NCBI GenBank assembly: GCA_963828255.1
Contig: CAWHDZ010000011.1
Coordinates: 160,001-224,000, forward strand
Source: an uncultured delta proteobacterium
GTDB taxonomy: Bacteria > Myxococcota > Myxococcia > Myxococcales > Anaeromyxobacteraceae
Reading direction: 5' to 3'
DNA: 64,000 bases
Notes under the pieces: model-generated
Told to the model about the DNA's origin: nothing
What the model saw: only the letters and a program-made list of their open reading frames with translations
Databases searched by the model: none
Position numbers and translations under genes: made by a program
Part shown: positions 47,996 to 60,233 of the stretch, piece by piece
Layout: each line of letters starts with the position of its first letter
How positions within the stretch are numbered: position 1 is the first letter of the stretch

Positions 47996-49588
47996 GTGCG
48001 CTACCGCGTCCCCGGAATCCAGCTCTGGCTCGACGAGCCGGCCGACACGCTCGAGCGGCGCGTGGCCGAGCGGCTGGGCGTGCGACGGGACGACCTGTTG
48101 CGCGTCTCGGTGTCCCGGAGGTCGCTCGACGCACGCCGCAAGGGACATCCACGCTGGGTCATCGACGCGGAGGTGGAGCTCGAGGGCGACCTCCCCGCCC
48201 TGCCCACCGGGGTGGACCCCATGCCCGAGCCGGAGCCGCCGCCGCGCCCCGTCCGCGCGCCCGACCTCCCGCCGGTCATCCTGGGAGCGGGTCCGGCCGG
48301 GCTCTTCTGCGCCTGGGGACTGCTGGAGCGCGGCGTCCGGTCGGTCGTGGTGGACCGCGGCAAGCAGGTGAGCCCGCGGCGCCGCGACGTGGCCAGCCTG
48401 ATGCGCGACGGCAGTCTCGACCCGGAGTCGAACATGAACTTCGGCGAGGGGGGCGCCGGCGCCTACACCGACGGGAAGCTCTCCACCCGCATCCGCCACC
48501 CCGCCGTGCGCAAGGTGGTCGAGCTCTTCGCACGCTTCGGGAAGGCCGAGGAGATCAAGGTCCAGGGCAAGCCGCACGTCGGCTCGGACGTGCTGCCCGC
48601 CGCGGTGTCGGCCATGCGCGAGGAGCTGGAGCGGGGCGGCTGCGTGTTCTTGTGGAACGCGCGGGCCACCGACGTCGAGGTCGCCCTCGGGCGGGTCCGC
48701 GGCCTCGTGCTCGCCGACGGGCGCACCCTCCCCTGCGACCGGCTGGTGCTCGCACCGGGGAACAGCGCCCGCGAGCTCTACGAGCGCTTCGCGGCCCGCG
48801 GCTGGGCCCTCGAGGCGAAGCCCTTCGCGGTCGGGTTCCGGGTGGAGCACCCGCAGTCGCTCATCGACCGGATCCAGTACGGCCGCGCCGCCGGGGCCGA
48901 GGGGCTACCCGCCGCCGACTACCGGCTCGCCGAGAACCCCAGCGTGGGCGGGAAGGCCCGCGGCGTCTTCTCGTTCTGCATGTGCCCGGGTGGCGTGGTG
49001 GTGCCCACCCCCACCGAGCCGGAGATGCAGGTCACGAACGGCATGTCCAACTCCGGGCGCTCCTCCCCGCTCGCCAACGCAGGCCTGGTGGTGGCGGTCT
49101 CGCCGGACGACTTCGCGACCGAGGGATTCACCGGGCCGCTCGCCGGCCTCGAGTGGCAACGCAAGTGGGAGCGTGCGGCCTACACCCTCGGCGGTGGTGG
49201 GTACCGCGCGCCGGCGCAGCGCCTCTCCGCCTGGCTCTCCGGCCAGCCTGGGCAGCCCCCCGGGAAGAGCTCCTACAGGCCCGGGCTCACCCATGCCGAC
49301 CTGTCCCGGCTCTACCCGCCCCAGGTCCACGAGGCGCTTCGGGCCGCGGTCCGGGGCTTCGAGCACCGCATGCGCGGGTTCATCTCGGACGAGGCCCTGC
49401 TCATCGGGATCGAGAGCCGCACCAGCGCTCCCTGCCGCATCCCCAGGGGCGAGGACATGCAGGCGCCCGGGCTCCTGGGGCTCTACCCGGCCGGCGAGGG
49501 AGCCGGCCACGCCGGCGGGATCGTCTCGTCGGCGGTGGACGGCATGAAGGTGGCCGAGGCCATCTGCCGGGAGCTCGGCGAGCCGTAG
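47996..49588 (+). CDS. FAD-dependent oxidoreductase (uncharacterised NAD(P)/FAD-dependent family)
   Basis: GAGPAG, FGEGGAGAYTDGKL, FCMCPGG, GEGAGHAGGIVSSAVDG. Confidence 0.88.
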   Translation: MRYRVPGIQLWLDEPADTLERRVAERLGVRRDDLLRVSVSRRSLDARRKGHPRWVIDAEVELEGDLPALPTGVDPMPEPEPPPRPVRAPDLPPVILGAGPAGLFCAWGLLERGVRSVVVDRGKQVSPRRRDVASLMRDGSLDPESNMNFGEGGAGAYTDGKLSTRIRHPAVRKVVELFARFGKAEEIKVQGKPHVGSDVLPAAVSAMREELERGGCVFLWNARATDVEVALGRVRGLVLADGRTLPCDRLVLAPGNSARELYERFAARGWALEAKPFAVGFRVEHPQSLIDRIQYGRAAGAEGLPAADYRLAENPSVGGKARGVFSFCMCPGGVVVPTPTEPEMQVTNGMSNSGRSSPLANAGLVVAVSPDDFATEGFTGPLAGLEWQRKWERAAYTLGGGGYRAPAQRLSAWLSGQPGQPPGKSSYRPGLTHADLSRLYPPQVHEALRAAVRGFEHRMRGFISDEALLIGIESRTSAPCRIPRGEDMQAPGLLGLYPAGEGAGHAGGIVSSAVDGMKVAEAICRELGEP

Positions 49589-49615
49589 CGCCGGCCGCCC
49601 GGCCAGGGGCGAGGT

Positions 49616-49978
49616 CTACGTCCCCGCCCTGCCGTAGGCGTCCTCGAGCCGCACCACGTCCTGCACCTCGGGGGTCGAGACCTCGAGGATGTCGCAGTCG
49701 GTGATCGCCACCATGCGGTGCTTCGTGAAGGGCTTCACGTGGTAGCTCTCGCCGGGGCGCATGACGTGCTCGACGAGCCCCTCCCCCTCGTCGAGGACGA
49801 GCCGGAGCTCGCCGCTCCAGAGGTGGATCGTCTCGTCCTTCTTCTCGTGGTACTGCAGCGAGAGCTTCTGGCCGGCCTTCACGTGCAGGAGCTTCCCCAC
49901 GTAGCGATCGGTCTGGGCCCACCAGAGCTCGTGCCCCCAGGGCTTCTCGACGCGCTTCGGCTGGTCGAACTTCTTCAC
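49616..49978 (-). CDS. Cupin domain protein (mannose-6-phosphate isomerase type II C-terminal-like)
   Basis: VEKPWG, LSLQYHEKKDET, EVSTPE..DVVRLEDAYGR. Confidence 0.85.
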   Translation of the reverse strand: MKKFDQPKRVEKPWGHELWWAQTDRYVGKLLHVKAGQKLSLQYHEKKDETIHLWSGELRLVLDEGEGLVEHVMRPGESYHVKPFTKHRMVAITDCDILEVSTPEVQDVVRLEDAYGRAGT

Positions 49979-49994
49979 GGGGCGGCCTCCTGGC

Positions 49995-50855
49995 TCAGTT
50001 GGCGCTGGCGACGAATCCCTTCGCTCCGGTGCTCTTCTCCATGTCCTTGAGGTAGCGGTCGGCGGCCTCGCGGGACTCGAAGGAGCCCACCCGGACGCGG
50101 TACCAGCGCCCCTTCCCGGGGACGTCGGCCACGGTCACCTTGGCTCCCCTGGAGGCGAAGCGGGCGGCGATCCGGTCGGCCTCGAAGCGCTCCTGCGTGG
50201 ACCCCACCTGGACCACCCATGCCCCCCTGGCCGAGGCGGGCGGCCGGAACGCAGGGGTGGCAGCCGCGGCGGAGGGCGGCGGGGCCGGCTTCTGCTCGGG
50301 CTTCGGTTCGGGCTTGGCCGCCGGCTTCGGTGCGGGTGGCGTGGATGGCGCAGCGACCGCGGCTGCGCTGGTCGGGGCTGCGGATGCCGGCGCTGGGTTG
50401 GTCGTCGAAGGAGTGGTGGTGGATGCGGCGAGCGCCGCAGAAGCCGCAGGTGCGGCGGAGGGAGCGACCGACGGCGAGGGCGAGGGCGCGACCACGACCG
50501 GAGCCTGGACCTTGCCCGGAGCCGGTGAGGGAGCCTGCGCCCCCTGGACCTTGGGAGCAGGGGGGAGCCGGTCCGGGGGGGGCCGGGGGCTCGTCAGCGA
50601 ATCGTGGAAGGTGAGCCGGGTCGACGGCTCGGTGCGGGGAGCGTTGTCGAGGGCCGCGAGCGCATCGGCGGGCGGAGGCGCCTTCGCCGCGGGTCGCGAA
50701 GCCGCGGCAGGACGCTCGGCCACGCCCTGTCCGAGCGCGTGCCCCAGGAAGAAGGCGAGCCCGAGCGCGCCGAGCGATCCCAGGATCACCCCGGCCACCT
50801 GCCTCGCGTCGAGGGAGAAGTCGAACCTCTCCCGTGCTGGTCTGTTTCCCGCCAT
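49995..50855 (-). CDS. SPOR domain cell division protein (FtsN-like)
   Basis: TM helix, Pro/Ala linker, VQVGS...WYRVRVGSF; follows argS. Confidence 0.88.
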   Translation of the reverse strand: MAGNRPARERFDFSLDARQVAGVILGSLGALGLAFFLGHALGQGVAERPAAASRPAAKAPPPADALAALDNAPRTEPSTRLTFHDSLTSPRPPPDRLPPAPKVQGAQAPSPAPGKVQAPVVVAPSPSPSVAPSAAPAASAALAASTTTPSTTNPAPASAAPTSAAAVAAPSTPPAPKPAAKPEPKPEQKPAPPPSAAAATPAFRPPASARGAWVVQVGSTQERFEADRIAARFASRGAKVTVADVPGKGRWYRVRVGSFESREAADRYLKDMEKSTGAKGFVASAN

Positions 50856-50885
50856 GGTCGGATCCCCGCTGGGCCCGGACCGATT

Positions 50886-52673
50886 CTAGACGTCTTCGGC
50901 GAGGTCTCTACTTTCCATCCGCTCGGGGGCCGAGACGCCCAGGATGGTGAGCCCGTTGGCGAGCGCCTGCTTGAGGGCCAGGGCCAGGGCCAGCCGGGCC
51001 GCCGTCTTCACCGGGTCGGCGCCGATGAAGCGCTCTCCGGTCCGCTTTCCCTGCGTGTAGTAGGAGTGGAAGGCCCCGATGGTCTCCTGCAGCCAGAAGG
51101 CCACGCGGTGCGGCTCCCAGGCCAGAGCGGCGCCGGCCACCATGTCGGGGAAGGAGAGGATGCGCTTCACGAGATCCATCTCCTCCGGCGCCTTCAGCAC
51201 CGAGAGCGTCTCGGCGTCGAAGCGGGCCTGCGGGGCGCCGGCGGCGGCCGCCTTCTCGAGGATGCGGGCCAGCCGTGCGTGGCCGTACTGCACGTAGAAG
51301 ACGGGGTTGTCGAGGGTCTGCCGCTTGGCCAGCTCCAGGTCGAAGTCGAGCTGGGCGTCGGCGCGGCGGGTGAGGAAGATGAACCGGGTGGCGTCGCGCC
51401 CCACCTCGTCCACCACCTCCTGGAGCGAGACCACCGTGCCGGCCCGCTTGGACATCTTCACCGCCTCGCCGCCGCGGGTCAGGTTCACCATCTGGATGAG
51501 CACGACGTGCAGGTCGCGGCGGGAAGCGCCGAGCGCCTCCAGCGCGGCCTCGAGCCGGGGCACGTAGCCCCCGTGGTCGGCGCCCAGCACGTCGATGAGC
51601 AGGTCGGCCCGCTGCCGCTTGTCCCAGTGGTAGGCGATGTCGGCGCAGAAGTAGGTGGGCGTCCCGTCGGCCTTCTTCACCGGCCGGTCCACCTCGTCGC
51701 CGTGGCGGGAGGAGCGGAAGAGAAGCAGGTTCTCGCTCTCGGTGATCCCCTCCTCGTTCGGCGCAGCGACGACGGGCGCCGGCTGCCCCTTCTTCGACTT
51801 GGGGGGCGGGAGCTTCCCCCAGTAGACGAGGTCCTTCGCCTCGAGCTCCTCGAGGAAGCGCTGGACCGTTCCCGACTCGTAGAGCCGCTTCTCCGAGGAC
51901 CAGACGTCGAAGGAGATGTGGACGGCCTCGAGATCGCTCTTGATCATGCCGAGCACGTGGGCGACGGCGCGGTCGCGGAAGAGGTCGAGCCAGTCGGCCT
52001 CGGGTGCGTCGAGGAAGCGCGGTCCGAACTCGGCCTCCAGGGACCGGGCGATCTCGATGACGTAGGCCCCCGGGTAGCTCTTGGGAGGCATGGTCACCGC
52101 CCGGCCGAGCAGTTCCTGGTAGCGCAGGTGGACGGAGCGGGCCAGGGTCTGGACCTGGGCCCCGTAGTCGTTGACGTAGTACTCCCGGGTGACGACGTGG
52201 CCGCTCCAGTCGAGCAGGCTCGCCACCGCGTCGCCGGTGACGCCTCCCCGGCCGTGCCCCACGTGCATGGGGCCGGTGGGGTTGGCCGAGACGAACTCGA
52301 CGTTGACCCGCTTCCCCTGCCCCACGTCGCTCCGGCCGAAGCGAGCCCCCTGCCGCTCCACGTCGGCGAGGCCGGCCAGCCACACCTCCGGGCGCAGCTT
52401 CAGATTCACGAACCCCGGACCGGCGATCTCCATCGACTCGATGGTGCGTCCACCGTCCTCGGCGCGGATGGCCTCGACGATGCCCTGGGCCAGTTCGCGC
52501 GGAGGGCGCCCCGCCGGCTTCGCGAGCACCATCGCCGCGTTGACGGCGAAGTCCCCGTGACGGGGGTCGCGCGGCGGATCGACGGTGAAGGGGGTCTCGA
52601 GCGCGGGCCAGCGCCCCTCGGCGGCACCGCGGGAGAGCGCCCTTCGCACGACGTCGACGACGTGTTGTCGCAT
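50886..52673 (-). CDS. argS: Arginine--tRNA ligase
   Basis: EFVSANPTGPMHVGHGR, KMSKRAG, NPVFYVQYGHAR, GVSAPERM. Confidence 0.98.
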   Translation of the reverse strand: MRQHVVDVVRRALSRGAAEGRWPALETPFTVDPPRDPRHGDFAVNAAMVLAKPAGRPPRELAQGIVEAIRAEDGGRTIESMEIAGPGFVNLKLRPEVWLAGLADVERQGARFGRSDVGQGKRVNVEFVSANPTGPMHVGHGRGGVTGDAVASLLDWSGHVVTREYYVNDYGAQVQTLARSVHLRYQELLGRAVTMPPKSYPGAYVIEIARSLEAEFGPRFLDAPEADWLDLFRDRAVAHVLGMIKSDLEAVHISFDVWSSEKRLYESGTVQRFLEELEAKDLVYWGKLPPPKSKKGQPAPVVAAPNEEGITESENLLLFRSSRHGDEVDRPVKKADGTPTYFCADIAYHWDKRQRADLLIDVLGADHGGYVPRLEAALEALGASRRDLHVVLIQMVNLTRGGEAVKMSKRAGTVVSLQEVVDEVGRDATRFIFLTRRADAQLDFDLELAKRQTLDNPVFYVQYGHARLARILEKAAAAGAPQARFDAETLSVLKAPEEMDLVKRILSFPDMVAGAALAWEPHRVAFWLQETIGAFHSYYTQGKRTGERFIGADPVKTAARLALALALKQALANGLTILGVSAPERMESRDLAEDV

Positions 52674-52717
52674 GGGGGCACGGTCATACCCGCGCCCGCC
52701 GCCCCCGGCAAGCAGCC

Positions 52718-53806
52718 TCACCCGTAGGCGTCGAAGGTCCCGCAGCGGGGGCAGCGCCAGCTCCGCACCGCCGCGCCGCCACCGCAGCGCCGGCAGCGCA
52801 GGAGCCCCGCGCTGCGCAGCAGCGCCGCGGCCATGAGGTCGTGCCTCCCGGCCAGCTCTCCCGGACCGGGCGGGGCCGCCCCCCGGAGGATCTCGCGCAG
52901 CGCCAGGGTCACCTCGCCGTCCTGGTCGCCGGCGAGTGCTTCCCGCAGCGGGGCCAGCGCCTCGGCCGACCGACCCGCCGCGGCGAGCAGCCGCCCACGC
53001 AGGGTGAGCAGCCGTGGGTCGCCGGGACGCATCGCGAGCGCGCGGTCGAGCGCCAGGGTCGCCCCGGCGGGGTCGAGCGCGGCGAGGGCCGGCCAGGAGA
53101 GCAGCGCCGACTCCGGCGCCGCGGCGAGCGCCCGCTCGAGCGCCTCCACCGCCCCCGCCCCGTCGCCGCCGGCGGAAAGGGCCTCGGAGAGCGCGATCAG
53201 CGCGTCGGCGTTCCCCGGGTCCACCTCCACCGCCTCCCGCGCCGCGGCGAGCGCGGCGGACGGATCCTCGTCGCGAAGCCCCCGGCCCATCGCGGCGAGC
53301 AGGTGGGCCAGGAGCCGGGTGTCCGGGGCGCAGCGGTTCCGGTGGACCTCGACCGCCTCGGCGTGCCGCTTCTGGTCCACGAGGACGTCGCGCAGCCCGG
53401 CGGCGGCCAGCCCGTCACCCGCCTCCATGAGCTTGCGGTAGGCCCCGGCCGCGTCCTCCAGCATCCCGGCGCGCCGGTGGTCGTCGGCCAGCTCCCGCTC
53501 CACCTCGGCGCGGCGGCTGGCCGGGAGCCCGGGCCGGTGCAGCATGTTCCGGTGGAGGCGGATGGCCCGGGGAACGTCCCCCTCCCGCTTGAAGAGGTCG
53601 CCGAGCGCCAGGTAGGTCTCGATCGCCTCGGGGCTGGAGAGCCGGGCCGCGTCGGAGAGGGCCTCGATGGCGGCGTCCGGGTCGTCGGAGATCATCGACC
53701 GGACGCCCTTGAGATAGGCCCGCGCCTGCTCCCGCCTGCGGCGGAGCCGGTGGGCCAGGAACGCGGCCACCACGGCCAGCCCGACGGCGATGAGGAGCCA
53801 GTTCAT
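52718..53806 (-). CDS. LapB-like TPR protein with C-terminal rubredoxin-like motif
   Basis: YLKGV, YLALGDLFKREGDVPRAIRLHRNM, CRRCG...WRCPRCG. Confidence 0.8.
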   Translation of the reverse strand: MNWLLIAVGLAVVAAFLAHRLRRRREQARAYLKGVRSMISDDPDAAIEALSDAARLSSPEAIETYLALGDLFKREGDVPRAIRLHRNMLHRPGLPASRRAEVERELADDHRRAGMLEDAAGAYRKLMEAGDGLAAAGLRDVLVDQKRHAEAVEVHRNRCAPDTRLLAHLLAAMGRGLRDEDPSAALAAAREAVEVDPGNADALIALSEALSAGGDGAGAVEALERALAAAPESALLSWPALAALDPAGATLALDRALAMRPGDPRLLTLRGRLLAAAGRSAEALAPLREALAGDQDGEVTLALREILRGAAPPGPGELAGRHDLMAAALLRSAGLLRCRRCGGGAAVRSWRCPRCGTFDAYG

Positions 53807-53830
53807 TTGGACGCGCGGCCTTCGGCGCCC

Positions 53831-54322
53831 TCAGGCGCCGAAGCCGTCCCGGATCCTCTTCCAGCTCGTCTCGAGGTGCTCGACCATGACCTTGGTGTCG
53901 GCCAGCACCGGCATGAAGTTGGTGTCGCCGCCCCAGCGCGGAACCACGTGCCAGTGCAGGTGGTCGGCGATCCCCGCCCCCGCCACCTTGCCGAGGTTCA
54001 TGCCGACGTTCAGCCCCTCGGGAACGTAGGCGGCGCGGACCACCCCCACGGTGAGGCGCAGCTCGGCCTGGAGATCGGCGAAGTCGTCGGCGGGGAGATC
54101 CTCGAGCCGGGCCACGTGGGCGCGCGGCACCACCATGACGTGGCCGTTGTTGTACGGGAAGCGGTTCAGGATGGTGAAGGAGCGGGGCGAGCGGTGCACG
54201 ATCAGGTTCCGCCGATCGGCCTCCTCCCCCGCCTCGGCCGGGAAGAGGCAGAAGATGCACCCGGCTGGCTTCCCGGCCTGGATGAACTCCATCCGCCACG
54301 GCGCCCAGAGCGGCTTCTCCAC
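53831..54322 (-). CDS. HIT family hydrolase (Ap4A phosphorylase-like)
   Basis: LWAPWR, CIFC, NRFPYNNGH, HLHWHVVPRW. Confidence 0.92.
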   Translation of the reverse strand: MEKPLWAPWRMEFIQAGKPAGCIFCLFPAEAGEEADRRNLIVHRSPRSFTILNRFPYNNGHVMVVPRAHVARLEDLPADDFADLQAELRLTVGVVRAAYVPEGLNVGMNLGKVAGAGIADHLHWHVVPRWGGDTNFMPVLADTKVMVEHLETSWKRIRDGFGA

Positions 54323-54333
54323 GATCCCTCCGC

Positions 54334-55437
54334 CTAGCGCGCCAGGAAGTAGACGCCCGGCCCTTCCGCCGTGTTTGACTGCCGGTGCATCTCGGCCCGC
54401 ATGGTCTCGGCCACGGTCTGGGCCACCCTCTGGGCCACTCCGCCCATCAGGTCCTCCAGGAAGCGGGCCCGGTCGTCTGGCGGGTAGACCAGGCGCGGCT
54501 CGCCGCGGATCTCGGCCAGCTCCTTGGCCAGGTCCACCGCGTCCTGGAAGCCGCCCAGCTCGTCGACCAGCCCCAGCTCGACCGCCTGCTCGCCGGTCAC
54601 CACCCGCCCGTCGGCGAACTTCTCCACCTGCTCGACCGGAAGGTCGCGCCCCTCGGCCACCGCCCGGATGAACTGGCGGTGGATGCGGTCGGCCAGCTCC
54701 TGCCAGTAGGCTCGGTCACTCGAAGTGAACTCACGGAAGGGGCTGCCGGCGTCCTTGAGCTTCCCGGAGGTGACGGTGTTCATCTCGACGTCGAATCGCT
54801 GCATCAGCCCACGGACGTTGGGGAACGCGCTGATCACCCCGATCGACCCGGTCAGCGTCCCGGGCTCGGCCACGATGCGGTCGCAGCCCATGGCCACGAG
54901 CAGGCCCCCCGAGGCGGCCAGGTTTCCCATGGCGCAGACCACCACCTTGTCCTCGGCCAGCCGTCGCAGCCCGTCCAGGATCTCCTGGCTCGTGCCCACC
55001 GCGCCGCCCGGCGAGTCGATGCGCACCACCACCGCCTTCATGTCGGAGTCGTCGCCGTAGCGCTTGAGGAGCTTCAAGAGCGGCTCGGACTCCACCGAGC
55101 CGCGCCCCATGCCGATGGGCCCCTTGATGTCCACCACGCCGATGCGCGGGCCGGAGGCGAGGCGCGGGGTCTCCCCCTTCACGGCGCCGTAGGCCAGCCA
55201 GAGGAAGGCGAAGAAGACCAGGAAGAGGCCGCCGAAGACGAAGAGCACCACCGCCAGCGCGGCCCGGTCGCGGCGCGGCGGGGGCTGGGGCGGCAGCGGT
55301 GGCTGGGCCCAGCCCGGAGGGGGCGGGCCCCAGGGTTGCTGCGCCCAGGGGGGCGGAGCAGCCGAGGCGGGCGGCGCGGCGGGGGCCTGCGTTGCGGGTG
55401 TGGTGGGCAGCGGTTCCGGGTTCTCGTTCTCGCTCAT
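54334..55437 (-). CDS. sppA: Signal peptide peptidase SppA (S49)
   Basis: RIDSPGG, AASGG, TGSIGV, ADGRV, GLVDELG. Confidence 0.92.
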   Translation of the reverse strand: MSENENPEPLPTTPATQAPAAPPASAAPPPWAQQPWGPPPPGWAQPPLPPQPPPRRDRAALAVVLFVFGGLFLVFFAFLWLAYGAVKGETPRLASGPRIGVVDIKGPIGMGRGSVESEPLLKLLKRYGDDSDMKAVVVRIDSPGGAVGTSQEILDGLRRLAEDKVVVCAMGNLAASGGLLVAMGCDRIVAEPGTLTGSIGVISAFPNVRGLMQRFDVEMNTVTSGKLKDAGSPFREFTSSDRAYWQELADRIHRQFIRAVAEGRDLPVEQVEKFADGRVVTGEQAVELGLVDELGGFQDAVDLAKELAEIRGEPRLVYPPDDRARFLEDLMGGVAQRVAQTVAETMRAEMHRQSNTAEGPGVYFLAR

Positions 55438-55600
55438 GACCGCCGGAGAAGACCACGGGCCGCCGGGAGCCGCAACTGATCGCGAAAGCGAAACGCGCAC
55501 CGGCGCCAGGGGCGACCGATGCGCGTTCACCGTCCCTTCCGACCACACCCGGATGAGGCGGTGCGGTGGGAGGTTCTTCCGCCGGCCGAAGCCGGCGGTG

Positions 55601-57313
<1,713 letters not shown>

Positions 57314-57482
57314 TTTGATTGGAACCCGGTCCTTTGGGCTTGGGCCGGCGGGGCGTGGCGTGAACCGCGCTCCTGGGTTGCCGGCGAAAGCAGCGACGCC
57401 CCCTTTGTTGGCCTGAGCCGCTTCCCCGGGGATCGAGGGACTCGACGGGTCACCGGGACGCTCCCGGCGACGAAGGCGAGGC

Positions 57483-57511
57483 AAGCTACACGGGCGGGAT
57501 CACTGCGTCAA
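57483..57511 (-). promoter_or_regulatory. sigma70-type rpsA promoter in the 3' end of ispH
   Basis: TTGACG-17 bp-TAGCTT. Confidence 0.6.
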
Positions 57512-58358
57512 GCATCGGCAGACCCTGCATGGCGCCCAGGCGGGCGGCCACCCCGTCGATGACCCAGTCCGGCGTGGAGGCGCCGGCGGAGACGCCCACC
57601 ACCGCGCACCCGTCGAACCACTCCGGACGGAGCTCCTCCTCCGTCTCCACGTGCCAGGTACGGGGCTGGATCTCCTTGCAGATCTCGGCCAGGTGGCGCG
57701 TGTTGGCGCTGTTCTTCCCGCCCACCACCACGACCGCATCCACCTCGGTGGCCAGCTGGCGGGCATCGGCCTGCCGCTCGTCGGTGTCGGCGCAGATGGT
57801 GTTCACCGCGCGGACCTCCTTGTGCCGAAGCGCCAGCGCGCCCACGACCCGCTCGAAATCCGCACCGATGCAGGTGGTCTGGGCGATGACGGCGACCTTC
57901 TTGGCGTCGATGGGGGGGATCTCGGCGCCGGGCTTCACCACGGTGCAGGGCCCCGTCCCGTAGCTCACCACGCCCTTCACCTCGGCGTGGTTGGGGTCGC
58001 CCACGATGACGAGGTGGTAGCCCTGGTGCGAGAGGCGCTGGGCCATGGCCTGCGGATACTTCACGTAGGGGCAGGTCCCGTCCACGACCTCCAGCCCCCG
58101 CTCCCGGGCCGCATCGAGTTCCGGCTTCACGGCGCCGTGGGTCCGCACCACCACGGTGGTCCCGGCCTCCACCTCGGCGACGCGCTCGACCGTGCCCACG
58201 CCCATCTGGCGGGTGCGGGACACGAACTGCGGGTTGTGGATGATGGGGCCGAGGGTGACCACCGGCGCCTGCCGCTCGCGGGCGACGTCCATGAGCTGAT
58301 CGACGGTTCGCCGGACACCCCAGCAGAATCCCGCCGTCTTCGCGACCTTGACGTGCAT
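57486..58358 (-). CDS. ispH: 4-hydroxy-3-methylbut-2-enyl diphosphate reductase
   Basis: GFCWGV, IHNP, DGTCPYV, TICADT, NSANT, AGASTP. Confidence 0.95.
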   Translation of the reverse strand: MHVKVAKTAGFCWGVRRTVDQLMDVARERQAPVVTLGPIIHNPQFVSRTRQMGVGTVERVAEVEAGTTVVVRTHGAVKPELDAARERGLEVVDGTCPYVKYPQAMAQRLSHQGYHLVIVGDPNHAEVKGVVSYGTGPCTVVKPGAEIPPIDAKKVAVIAQTTCIGADFERVVGALALRHKEVRAVNTICADTDERQADARQLATEVDAVVVVGGKNSANTRHLAEICKEIQPRTWHVETEEELRPEWFDGCAVVGVSAGASTPDWVIDGVAARLGAMQGLPMLDAVIPPV

Positions 58359-58413
58359 CAATTCGTCTCCCGGACCCGGTATAACCGTCTCCGCCCGGCG
58401 GGTCCAGCCGGAC

Positions 58414-59136
58414 TCAGGCGGATCCGGCCCGTGCGGCGACGCGCGCCAGGACCACCTCGGCGAGCCGCTCGACCACCTCGTCGAGCGAGACCCCCCCGGT
58501 GTCCACGGTCACCGCGTCATCGGCGGCGCGCAGGGGCGCCACGTCCCGGGAGCTGTCGTCCCGGTCTCGCTTGCGCTGGTCGGCCAGCACCGCCTCGAAC
58601 GCCTGCGGATCTCCCTTGGACTGCAGCTCGACGAATCGCCGGCGCGCCCGGACCTCGTCGGCGGCGGTCAGGAAGAACTTGGCGTCGGCGTCGGGGAAGA
58701 CCACCGTCCCGATGTCCCTCCCCTCCAGCACCGCCCCGCGGTTCCCGGGGGCCGTGGCGAGCCGCCGCTGGAGCTCGAGCAGCCCCGCCCGCACCACCGG
58801 CCGGGCCGACACGGCGCTCGCGCCCAGCGACATGGGGGGAGTCCGGATGGCCTGCGAGACGTCCTCGTCTCCGATGAACACCCGCTGCCCCTCCGCCTCG
58901 GCGCCGGGCGGGGCCGGCTCGAAGCGGATGCGGACCGCGGGGAGGAGCGCGCCGAGCCGGGCATCGTCGTCGAAGGCGACCCCACCCCGGCTCGCGGCCA
59001 GTGCGACGGCACGGTAGATGGCGCCGGTGTCGACCATGGCGAAACCGAGTCGCGACGCCAGCCTCCGCGAGGTGGTGCTCTTTCCCGCGCCCGCCGGGCC
59101 GTCCACCGCCACGATGAACGGCCGGCGCGCCGTCAC
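58414..59136 (-). CDS. cmk: Cytidylate kinase
   Basis: DGPAGAGKST, DTGAIYR, EGRDIGTVVFPDA. Confidence 0.97.
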   Translation of the reverse strand: MTARRPFIVAVDGPAGAGKSTTSRRLASRLGFAMVDTGAIYRAVALAASRGGVAFDDDARLGALLPAVRIRFEPAPPGAEAEGQRVFIGDEDVSQAIRTPPMSLGASAVSARPVVRAGLLELQRRLATAPGNRGAVLEGRDIGTVVFPDADAKFFLTAADEVRARRRFVELQSKGDPQAFEAVLADQRKRDRDDSSRDVAPLRAADDAVTVDTGGVSLDEVVERLAEVVLARVAARAGSA

Positions 59137-60227
59137 CGCGCGAGGACCTTCCGGAGCGCGGCGAGCACCTTGAGGTTCTCGGCGTGGGTCCCGATGGTGA
59201 TGCGCTGCGCGGTGGGGAATCCGTAGCCCGCCACCGGCCGGACCACGACCGCCTCGCGGAGAAGGGCGTCGAAGAGCGCCATGCCCGGCCTGCCGGGGAA
59301 GTCGGCCAGCACGAAGTTGGCCTGCGAGGGGACCACCGTGGCCCCCAGCGCCCGGAGCCCGGCCTCGAGGAAGGGGCGCTCGCTCCGGACCAGCTGGCGG
59401 CTCAGGAGGACGTGCTCCTCGTCGTCGAGTGCGGCGACGCCGGCCGCCTGGGATACCAGGTTCACGTTGAAGGGAGCGCGCACGCGGTCGAGGTAGGCGG
59501 TGACCTCGGGCCGGGCGAAGGCGTAGCCGAGCCGCAGCCCGGCCATCCCGTAGATCTTCGAGAAGGTCCGCAGCACCACCAGGTTGGGGAAGCGCTTGCG
59601 CAGCGAGAGCGCGTCCTGGAAGCCCTCGGCCTCGACGAACTCGACGTACGCCTCGTCGAGCACCACCAGCGTGTCGGGGGAGACCGCACCCAGGAAGCGG
59701 AGCAGCTCGTCCTCGAGGAACCAGGTACCGGTGGGGTTGTCGGGGTTGGCGAGGAAGACCACCTTGGTCCGCGGGGTTAGCCGGGCGCGGATGGCGTCGA
59801 GGTCGTAGTGGAAGACGTCCTTCATGGGCGCCTCCGAAAGGGTCCGCCCGTGGGCGTGGGCGGCGAGCTTGTAGGCCACGAAGCTCTTCGCGCTGGTGAG
59901 CACCTCCTCGCCCTCGAGGACGAAGGTGCGCACGAGGAGCTCGATGAGCTCGTTCGAGCCGTTGCCGACCAGGATCTCCTCGACCGGGACCGAGAAGCGC
60001 CGCGAGAGGGCCCGCTTGAGGAGGAAGGCGCTGCCGTCCGGGTAGAGGTGGATGCGGGAGCAGGCCTCCCGGGCGGCGCGGAGCGCCAGCGGGGAAGGGC
60101 CGAGCGCGTTCTCGTTGGAGGCCAGCTTGGCGACGTCGGTGACGCCGTATTCCCGCTCCACCTCCTCGATGGGCTTGCCCGGGACGTAGGGCTGGAGCGA
60201 CGCGACGTGCGGAGGGACGAGGGCCAC
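59133..60227 (-). CDS. hisC: Histidinol-phosphate aminotransferase
   Basis: KLASNEN, NPDNPTG, DEAY, RTFSKIYGMAGLRLGY. Confidence 0.95.
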   Translation of the reverse strand: MALVPPHVASLQPYVPGKPIEEVEREYGVTDVAKLASNENALGPSPLALRAAREACSRIHLYPDGSAFLLKRALSRRFSVPVEEILVGNGSNELIELLVRTFVLEGEEVLTSAKSFVAYKLAAHAHGRTLSEAPMKDVFHYDLDAIRARLTPRTKVVFLANPDNPTGTWFLEDELLRFLGAVSPDTLVVLDEAYVEFVEAEGFQDALSLRKRFPNLVVLRTFSKIYGMAGLRLGYAFARPEVTAYLDRVRAPFNVNLVSQAAGVAALDDEEHVLLSRQLVRSERPFLEAGLRALGATVVPSQANFVLADFPGRPGMALFDALLREAVVVRPVAGYGFPTAQRITIGTHAENLKVLAALRKVLAR

Positions 60228-60233
60228 GCGGTT